64,000 bases of DNA from a virus. Lineage: Duplodnaviria > Caudoviricetes. The position numbers and the translations under genes are program-made. Of the stretch, positions 56,778 through 64,000 are shown one piece after another; the first letter of the stretch is position 1; each line of letters opens with the position of its first letter. The notes beneath the pieces were generated by a model. That model saw nothing but the letters and a program-made list of their open reading frames with translations, did no database searches and was not told where the DNA came from. Where the stretch lies: positions 1 through 64,000 of the IMG/VR virus record IMGVR_UViG_3300021400_000046; one strand, given 5' to 3'.

Positions 56778-57953
56778 ATGAAATATAATGAAAACAATAA
56801 GCCTATGGTTTGTATGTTGACGCAAAGCACCTGTTATAAAGGTACAAGTATTGGTAGACCTGTTGGTGTTCTTTGGCATGATACAGCCGGTGGGAATCCA
56901 TATTTGAAACGCTATGTACAGCCAAGTGACAATGATCCGAATAAGGCGAAACTATTACAGTTACTTGGTAAAAATCAATATAATAACGACTTTAACCATA
57001 TTTACCGTCAGGCTGGACTTAATGCGTGGATTGGTAAACTTGCTGATGGAACTATTACAACTGTTCAGACTATGCCGTGGAATTATCGCCCATGGGGTTG
57101 CGGCGGTGGAAGTAAAGGTAGTTGTAACGGAAGTGCAAGCGTATCTAATTCGCCATTTTGGATTCAGTTTGAAATCTGTGACGATGGTTATAAAGATGAA
57201 AACTATTTCAAGAAGGTGTACAAAGAGGCTTGTGAGTTTACTGCTTATATTTGCAAGATGTTTAACATTGACCCCAAAGGTTACTATACTTACAATGGAG
57301 TAAAGGTTCCTACTATCCTTTGTCATAAAGATAGTCACGATCTTGGGCTTGGTTCAAATCATGGCGACGTTTATTTGTGGTTTAAGGCATTCAAGAACTG
57401 CAAAAAGACTATGAATGATGTGCGTAATGATGTTTCTGCTTTGATGGCAGATGGTGCTACCGCTTCTGATCCTGCACCAAGTAATCCCGCTCCGGCTCCG
57501 AGCAATCCTTCTCCGGCTACAAGTGAAATCAAAGTTGGTTCTCTTGTGAAGATTGCAAGTAATGCTACATACTATTCTGGTAAAACAATCCCTGATTGGG
57601 TAAAGGCGAAAAATTGGTACGTTAAATCAATGAGTGGAGATCGTGTTGTTATTGACAAATCAGAAGATGGTAAAACTTCTATTATGAGTCCTGTTAATAA
57701 GAAATATCTTTCTGTTGTTGGTGCAACCACGGCTCCATCTCCAAATACTTTTGAACCGTACAGGATTAGAGTAACTGCAAACGTATTGAATATCCGTAAA
57801 GGTGCTGGAACAAATTATTCTGTTGTTGGCTCAATTAAAAAGGGCGGTGTTTATACGATGGTTGATGAAGCGGCTGGTGCTGGCGCTACTAAGTGGGGCA
57901 AATTAAAATCCGGTGCTGGCTGGATTAGCCTGGATTATGTCGAAAAGGTATAA
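56778..57953 (+). CDS. endolysin: amidase_2-type N-acetylmuramoyl-L-alanine amidase with SH3b domain
   Basis: VLWHDT, IQFEIC, CH...SNHGD; P-rich linker; LNIRKGAGT...WGKLKSGAGWISL; start ATG 56778. Confidence 0.85.
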   Translation: MKYNENNKPMVCMLTQSTCYKGTSIGRPVGVLWHDTAGGNPYLKRYVQPSDNDPNKAKLLQLLGKNQYNNDFNHIYRQAGLNAWIGKLADGTITTVQTMPWNYRPWGCGGGSKGSCNGSASVSNSPFWIQFEICDDGYKDENYFKKVYKEACEFTAYICKMFNIDPKGYYTYNGVKVPTILCHKDSHDLGLGSNHGDVYLWFKAFKNCKKTMNDVRNDVSALMADGATASDPAPSNPAPAPSNPSPATSEIKVGSLVKIASNATYYSGKTIPDWVKAKNWYVKSMSGDRVVIDKSEDGKTSIMSPVNKKYLSVVGATTAPSPNTFEPYRIRVTANVLNIRKGAGTNYSVVGSIKKGGVYTMVDEAAGAGATKWGKLKSGAGWISLDYVEKV

Positions 57954-57965
57954 GGAGAAAATAGA

Positions 57966-58424
57966 ATGGATAACCAATCTGCTATTGATACGTTATCCAG
58001 TATTTCGGTAGGACAGATAATTGCATGGTTCTCTGTGATAAGTGCTATTATTACTGCTATCTGTACTGGAACAATTAAACTTTATAAGGTGTTTACAAAG
58101 TACAGAGAAGCGAAAGATAAGAATGAGAAACAAGAAAAAATTATTGAAAGTCATGAAACAACTTTGAAAGAGATAGACAAAACTCTACAAGAAATCAAGA
58201 AATCCCTTGAAGAACAAAAAGACGTTAATTTGAAACAAGTTCGGCACACTATTGTACATACGTGTGAGGACGCATTGGATCGCGGCGAAATTTCAATCAA
58301 TAAACTCAGATCACTTGAAGAAATGTACGAAGAATACATTGACATATTCCACGGAAACGGATATGTAAAAACACTTGTAGAAAAGGTACGGCAACTCAAA
58401 GTTGTTGGGAAAGTGGACGATTAA
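57966..58424 (+). CDS. membrane protein with coiled coil (lysis-associated)
   Basis: N-terminal TM; Y..Y...HGNG motif. Confidence 0.6.
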   Translation: MDNQSAIDTLSSISVGQIIAWFSVISAIITAICTGTIKLYKVFTKYREAKDKNEKQEKIIESHETTLKEIDKTLQEIKKSLEEQKDVNLKQVRHTIVHTCEDALDRGEISINKLRSLEEMYEEYIDIFHGNGYVKTLVEKVRQLKVVGKVDD

Positions 58425-58452
58425 ATAAAATCATGGTTTTATTAGCATTTTA

Positions 58453-58500
58453 ATTCAATATATTGTGGTGTTAAGAAACATCTTACACTATATATAGTGG
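58453..58500. promoter_or_regulatory. tandem NrdR-box pair
   Basis: ATTCAATATATTGTGG and ACACTATATATAGTGG match acaCwAtATaTwGtg; starts 32 bp apart. Confidence 0.65.
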
Positions 58501-58565
58501 TATTTCGTGGCGGCTTGCAACTATTGGTTGTTTTGTCGCCACATTATTGTATTTGGAGGAGTTAC

Positions 58566-61500
58566 ATGGATATATTAGTTAATGTTGCGAACCAAAAACT
58601 TAAAATCGCAACAAATCTAAAAAGCCTGGTCGCCGGAACACAGGAATTTGTGCGTTTCGTGTTTAACTTAAACGGTGATTGGGATGGCCTTATGACTTTT
58701 GCGCAATTCAGACAAAATGGTGTTGCATACAATCAGTATTTGGATGAAAACAATAGCGCATACCTCCCGTCAGAGATTGGTGTAGGTACTTGTACTCTTA
58801 TGCTTTATGGTAGCAATCAGAATACGATTGCTACGACAAACTATCTTACTTTGACGGTGGATGAAAATATTTTAGTCTCTGACGCACAAAGTACAGAGAT
58901 TTCACAATCTCTTTATCAGCAGCTCGTTACCCGCGTTAATACGCTTCTTACATGGAACGAACAAAACGCGGCAGATTTGAATGCTGTTGACAGAGATTTA
59001 CAACAACAGATTAACACGAAGGCTGCTGCTTCTGATCTTACAACTGAAATTGCTCGTGCAAAGGCTGCTGAAAAATCCAATGCCGATGCGATTGCTACAA
59101 AGGCTTCACAGTCAGAAGTCGATCAGCTTTCTATTAAAGTTACACAGCTTGAAAGTAATGAAGTCGTTGCGAACTTAATTCAGCAGGCCGTTGAGAATGA
59201 GATTGAAACCTATCTAAACAATGGTACTCTCGCAAGTATGACCATTGGAGATGGAAGTATTGCTCGTGCAAAGGTTAATTCTGATTTTGAAGCTACACTT
59301 ACGAAAGCTGACACTGCAATGCAGCCAAGCGTATATGACCCACAGAATTTAAGAGTTGATGTTTTCTCTTACGCACAAGGTAGAGCTGATATGGTGCAGT
59401 TAAATGTCAACAATGTTGTCAATGAAATTCGTGGTGCATATTCTTTGACTGACACTATTTCATATACAAATCTTGGCGACGCTTTACGCGGGGCTGTTAC
59501 ACTTTCAAGAAATTATGCCCAAGCACTGCTTGCTGATTATAAGGCATTTACAATTTCGATTGTTGACGATCTTCCTCTTGTTGGTAATTCGCAGACATTC
59601 TACCTTGTTCCAAAAGATAGCGGTACTGGCTATGATAAATACTGGTATATCACAGACAGTAACGGTGATGCGGTTTGGGACGTTTTCGGTGGTTCATCTA
59701 CTGTTGTTGTAACAGAGTTGCCGGTGACTGGCGAAGAAGATGTTGATTATATTCTAAGATCATCTTCTGGATGCTTGTACTACAAGTGGATTGATGGTGT
59801 GTGGCAAGTTGTCGCTGGCTCAATTGCATCTGTTATCAGTTCATTACCGGCAACTGGTAATGAATTTACCGACTACTATCTTCTTACAGAGAATGGCGTT
59901 TATGTCCATTATCGGTATATCAATGGTCATTTTCATAGTATTGGTACGGAAACGTATACATCTGATGAACTCGACACGATGCTTGCCGGACTTAGGGAAG
60001 ATATTGATAGAAATGAACAATCTATCGAAACAAATACAACAAATATTGCATCTTTGAGCCGGACAGTAGATCGTTTGCGCAGTGACTTAGACGAAATTGA
60101 TACAGAGGGATATACTTACTATCACACTATTACAACGGATGATAATAACAACAAAGTATTAACCTTATGGCAAGTACATGGTTCTGACGAGGAAATTGCA
60201 AGCCAAACAATTTTGCCTGCAACTGGCGGTGGTGGCGGCTCAACGCCATCAACTTCTACAACTCTTACCGTAGATAGAGTTACACCGTCTCCGCTTATTA
60301 TTACGACAACGGATTCAGCTAATATTACTATTGATTTCTCGTCTGTTGATGGTGATGGAGAAACTGTTGACGGTGTTTACACTTGGAAAAGTGGCAGTAA
60401 TGTAATTATGAGCGGCACACTTGTCCAGGGTAGAAACACTTTTGATCTTTCTCAATATGTTTCTGTTGGTACTCAGAAATTCACACTGATTGTTACAGAT
60501 GAAGGCGGTTCAACTGTTGTTAAATCTTGGACTGTGCAAAAGGTTGATGTACGCATTGAATCATCATTCAGTGACCGCTATACTACGGCGATTGGTAGAA
60601 GTGTATCTTTTACTTATACACCTTATGGTGCAGTAAATAAGACAGTACACTTCAAACTGGATGGCGTTGAAACTACTACAACAACGTCTGCGTCTGGTAC
60701 ATTACAATCATACACAATTACACCGCAAACTCATGGATCACATTTGCTTGAAGTTTGGATTACTGCTACTATCAATAATACTTCTGTTGAAACGAACCAT
60801 ATTTACAAGGACATTATTTGGTATGACTCAGAAGAAGATGATGCTGTTATTGGTTGTATTTATAGATACGATTATTACGGTACTGTAACGGCGCGGCAGT
60901 ATGATACTACTTCAATCGTATATAACGTGTTTGATCCAACAACAAGCTATCCAGTTGTAAAGCGTTATATTGATGATGTTCTTATTGATACTTCTACCTT
61001 AACAACTTCTAATAACACATGGAATTATAAGTCTGATACCATTGGCACTCATACGTTGAAAATTGTTTGCCGTAATACTATTGTCACAATCGAAATGAAT
61101 ATCGTTGAGCTTGGTATTGATGTTTCTCCTATTACGGGTGGATTGGAACTTGATTTTAACCCTACTGGTATAACAAATAGTTCTGATAATAGGTTGTGGT
61201 CGAATGAAAACTATCACATGAGTGTTTCAAACAATTTCGATTGGGCGAATGGTGGTTATAAGACTGATGAAAATGGGCATTCATATTTCCTTATTAAAGC
61301 TGGTACAAGAGCTACATTTGACTATAAGATGTTCTCTGGCGGCATTGATGGAAACCCAAGTGTTGTTGGCGCAGAAATGAAAATTATCTTCAAGACTGAG
61401 AATGTGCAAGACGCTAATGCTGTGTGGCTAACAAATGTCGAAACTACTACAACGGATGTTGAAGGTCAAACAACAACTACTAATGTTGGCATTCAAATGA

Positions 61501-64000
61501 GCGTCCATAACGGGTGGCTGAAAACAAATAATGCTTCTGATACAGACGTTGAAGAAGGCGAAGGCGACGATTCCGAAACTGTTGCCGCCACGAATACGTA
61601 TTTGTATATGCCATACTCAGAAGAAGATATTATTGAAATGGACATCAATGTTGATACTCTTAGTAGAGAAGATGAAACAGCCAAAGCGTTTGTTATGGCT
61701 TATGAAGATGGTGTTCCAAGCAAGGCTTATGTTTATGATAGTGGTGACAGATTCTATCAATACGATCCAAAGAATCTTGTGATTGGTTCTGATTATTGTG
61801 ATGTTAGGATTTATCGCTTGAAATTCTATTCTACCTCACTTAACACAAATGGCATTATGAGAAACTTTATTGCGGATGCTCGTGATTCTACCGAAATGCT
61901 TGACAGATATGACCGCAATAGTATTTATTACAATCGTGAAACGAATAAGTACACGCCGTATAGTGGTGAGGGAGTTCTTGACCCGGAGCGTTTGGCTCCC
62001 GTTGTCCCAAATGTCAAGATTTTGATGCTCGACACAGACCATTTTACAACTTCAAAGAAAACCTTTGTCAAGTCTACACTTAGATGCATTCATGCTCCTG
62101 GCGGCGATTTATATGAAGGTGATCCGTATTACGATAACTGGCTATTTGAAAATGGGTATCATGCTGGGCAGGGTACGACCTCTGACAACTATGGTAATGC
62201 CGGACGAAATGTTGACTTTTTGTTTAATGCAGACGGAACACATAAACCAAGCGATAAGGTTGATGCAGAAGCAGGATATGTTTCACAGGTCACTCTTGGT
62301 TATAATACAGAGAATGCTACAACTGAACGGGTTACAGACTGGAAGGGAGATTCTGGCAAGATCACTCTTACAAGAGGTTCCATTCCTAACAACTTCTTCA
62401 ACTTAAAAGTTAATATCGCTTCTTCTGAAAATGTGAACAATGCTCTTTTGCAAAAACGATACAACGATTATCTCCCATACATCTCTCCTGCAAAGCGTCG
62501 TGATCCACGGACAAAGAATGATATGGAGTTTGTTCCAGCTATCCTATTTATCCGAGAAAACAATCCTGATGTTACAACTCATAATGAGTTCCTTGATACC
62601 GAATGGCATTTCTATGCTTTGGGTAATATTGGTGACTCTAAAAAGACGGACTATACAAGAGCGTATGACCCGACTGATATGAATGAGTTTACCATTGAGA
62701 TTTCTGATAACACAAAGAACAATGCTACATTCCAAACTGGTGTTTATCTTGACGGTAATAACCAGCGCCAGATCGAAACATTTACAATTGCAGATGATGG
62801 TTCTCCTGTTTCTGTTGAAAAGCCGAGCGCATTCGTGTACCCTATAACACTTTCTGAATGGAATGACTCACGGAATATGCGTCGGTGGGCGCTATACAAT
62901 GAGGATTTCGATGGCGACCATTCATTTGAACCTCGTTATGCTTGCTGCGGTGATTATCGTGATGGTAAACTTGTTAATGATACAAGTGGCAGAGGTAAAG
63001 CACAGGTTAAGATTAACAACGATGTTTGGAGAGCATTCTACCGTTGGGTTGTTACTTCAACGGATCAGGAATTTGTTGATGAACTTGCCGAATGGGTTGT
63101 CCCAGAGGCGATGGAGTTTTTCTATGCGTTTACCCATAATTACACGATGATGGATAACCGTGCGAAAAATACATTCTGGCATTTTGCGAAAACTGGTACT
63201 TACCGTAAAATGTCTAAGCCTGTAAAAGAATTGCTGCACGTTTACTGTGAGTTAATTGACGATGAATATGTGCTTACAGAGGACACAGAAATTGATAGCA
63301 ATAAGACCTATTATTCTCAGTATGCGTTTGATCTCTGGTGCTATGATACTGACACTGGACTTGGCATTAATAACAATGGCGAGCTTGTTTTCCCGTATGG
63401 TAAGGAAGATACGGACTATAACATCGAAGGTAATCCTTCTTCTGGTTATGTTTTTAACGGTGCAACTTCTGTGTTCTGGTGCAGACTTAGGGATTTACTT
63501 CCTGGCGAAATCAGAACGATGTTTAATACGACTGTTGCCGCTGATTGCTTTAGTTCTACAAGCCTTATCAACCAATTCGATGCATTCCAAGAATGTTTCC
63601 CAGAAGAAATTTGGCGGCTTGATATTCAGAGAAAATATATCCGCACATTCACCGGTGAGTCTATTGATAATTCAAAACCAAAGCATGACGTGCAATATTT
63701 GCGAGACATGATGCAGGGAAGAAAGAAATATCAGCGTAGACAGTGGACACGCGATCAGGAGATTTACTTCGGCACAAAGAACCTAATGAATACAGTTGTT
63801 GGTGACGATAACCGTATTACTTTCAGATGCTTTACGCCTACTGGTGATGATATTGTTGTCCCGCCTGATTATACACTGCGTATTAAGCCATATTCTGATA
63901 TGTACCTTTCTGTTATGTTTGGTAATGGTGGTACGCAGCAAGTCAGAGCAAAGGCCGGAGTAGAATACACGATTGAATGCCCATTAAGCACGATGGATGA
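58566..64000 (+). CDS. giant (>1800 aa, truncated by window) protein: BppU-like N-terminus, beta-sandwich domains, CotH-kinase-like domain
   Basis: GGAGG RBS and ATG 58566; same frame at 63711 and open to the end; GQGTTS..Y...N, NLKVNIASSE..NN, MDNRAKNTFWH, YDTDTGLGINNNG. Confidence 0.75.
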   Translation, partial: MDILVNVANQKLKIATNLKSLVAGTQEFVRFVFNLNGDWDGLMTFAQFRQNGVAYNQYLDENNSAYLPSEIGVGTCTLMLYGSNQNTIATTNYLTLTVDENILVSDAQSTEISQSLYQQLVTRVNTLLTWNEQNAADLNAVDRDLQQQINTKAAASDLTTEIARAKAAEKSNADAIATKASQSEVDQLSIKVTQLESNEVVANLIQQAVENEIETYLNNGTLASMTIGDGSIARAKVNSDFEATLTKADTAMQPSVYDPQNLRVDVFSYAQGRADMVQLNVNNVVNEIRGAYSLTDTISYTNLGDALRGAVTLSRNYAQALLADYKAFTISIVDDLPLVGNSQTFYLVPKDSGTGYDKYWYITDSNGDAVWDVFGGSSTVVVTELPVTGEEDVDYILRSSSGCLYYKWIDGVWQVVAGSIASVISSLPATGNEFTDYYLLTENGVYVHYRYINGHFHSIGTETYTSDELDTMLAGLREDIDRNEQSIETNTTNIASLSRTVDRLRSDLDEIDTEGYTYYHTITTDDNNNKVLTLWQVHGSDEEIASQTILPATGGGGGSTPSTSTTLTVDRVTPSPLIITTTDSANITIDFSSVDGDGETVDGVYTWKSGSNVIMSGTLVQGRNTFDLSQYVSVGTQKFTLIVTDEGGSTVVKSWTVQKVDVRIESSFSDRYTTAIGRSVSFTYTPYGAVNKTVHFKLDGVETTTTTSASGTLQSYTITPQTHGSHLLEVWITATINNTSVETNHIYKDIIWYDSEEDDAVIGCIYRYDYYGTVTARQYDTTSIVYNVFDPTTSYPVVKRYIDDVLIDTSTLTTSNNTWNYKSDTIGTHTLKIVCRNTIVTIEMNIVELGIDVSPITGGLELDFNPTGITNSSDNRLWSNENYHMSVSNNFDWANGGYKTDENGHSYFLIKAGTRATFDYKMFSGGIDGNPSVVGAEMKIIFKTENVQDANAVWLTNVETTTTDVEGQTTTTNVGIQMSVHNGWLKTNNASDTDVEEGEGDDSETVAATNTYLYMPYSEEDIIEMDINVDTLSREDETAKAFVMAYEDGVPSKAYVYDSGDRFYQYDPKNLVIGSDYCDVRIYRLKFYSTSLNTNGIMRNFIADARDSTEMLDRYDRNSIYYNRETNKYTPYSGEGVLDPERLAPVVPNVKILMLDTDHFTTSKKTFVKSTLRCIHAPGGDLYEGDPYYDNWLFENGYHAGQGTTSDNYGNAGRNVDFLFNADGTHKPSDKVDAEAGYVSQVTLGYNTENATTERVTDWKGDSGKITLTRGSIPNNFFNLKVNIASSENVNNALLQKRYNDYLPYISPAKRRDPRTKNDMEFVPAILFIRENNPDVTTHNEFLDTEWHFYALGNIGDSKKTDYTRAYDPTDMNEFTIEISDNTKNNATFQTGVYLDGNNQRQIETFTIADDGSPVSVEKPSAFVYPITLSEWNDSRNMRRWALYNEDFDGDHSFEPRYACCGDYRDGKLVNDTSGRGKAQVKINNDVWRAFYRWVVTSTDQEFVDELAEWVVPEAMEFFYAFTHNYTMMDNRAKNTFWHFAKTGTYRKMSKPVKELLHVYCELIDDEYVLTEDTEIDSNKTYYSQYAFDLWCYDTDTGLGINNNGELVFPYGKEDTDYNIEGNPSSGYVFNGATSVFWCRLRDLLPGEIRTMFNTTVAADCFSSTSLINQFDAFQECFPEEIWRLDIQRKYIRTFTGESIDNSKPKHDVQYLRDMMQGRKKYQRRQWTRDQEIYFGTKNLMNTVVGDDNRITFRCFTPTGDDIVVPPDYTLRIKPYSDMYLSVMFGNGGTQQVRAKAGVEYTIECPLSTMD

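Larger units (their letters stand above)
1..64000. mobile_element. Large SPbeta/c-st-like siphophage (or prophage) genome segment
   Basis: Order RNAP-phosphoesterase/HU-terminase-portal-protease-capsid-tail-recombinase-TMP-Dit-Tal-lysis resembles the SPbeta yon/yom region; Firmicutes-type GGAGG RBSs; no host housekeeping block. Confidence 0.9.

Noticed and set aside
1-64000. Stop-codon reassignment
   Set aside because: Long genes are intact in the standard code and all three stops are used; no suppressor tRNA

Overview
A 64-kb segment of a large Firmicutes (Clostridia-like) siphophage or prophage with SPbeta/c-st-like gene order. (1) 1-11.9 kb: about 35 small leftward early or host-takeover ORFs behind four near-consensus sigma-A promoters. 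They include an SprT-like protease, an ankyrin-repeat protein, a lipoprotein and a SAM-lyase-like first gene. This arm also has an 18-bp palindromic operator, an rrn-like boxA, three self-cleaving ribozymes (two hammerheads, one permuted twister) and a strand-polarised field of roughly 45-50 GGAAAAT heptamers. (2) 11.9-13.4 kb: AT-rich, repeat-rich divergent non-coding region (candidate origin, pac site or terminus). (3) 13.4-64 kb, rightward: YonO-like RNA polymerase, four tRNAs, beta-CASP nuclease, ClpP, metallophosphoesterase, HU, terminase, portal, protease/scaffold, a head gene split after 5 coding nt by a group I intron with a homing endonuclease, major capsid, neck and tail genes, RecU, tyrosine recombinase, a 2504-aa tape measure, Dit/Tal, lysis cassette, and a >1800-aa BppU/CotH-kinase-like ORF running off the window end. 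All calls come from manual motif reading; no database searches were run and counts are by eye.
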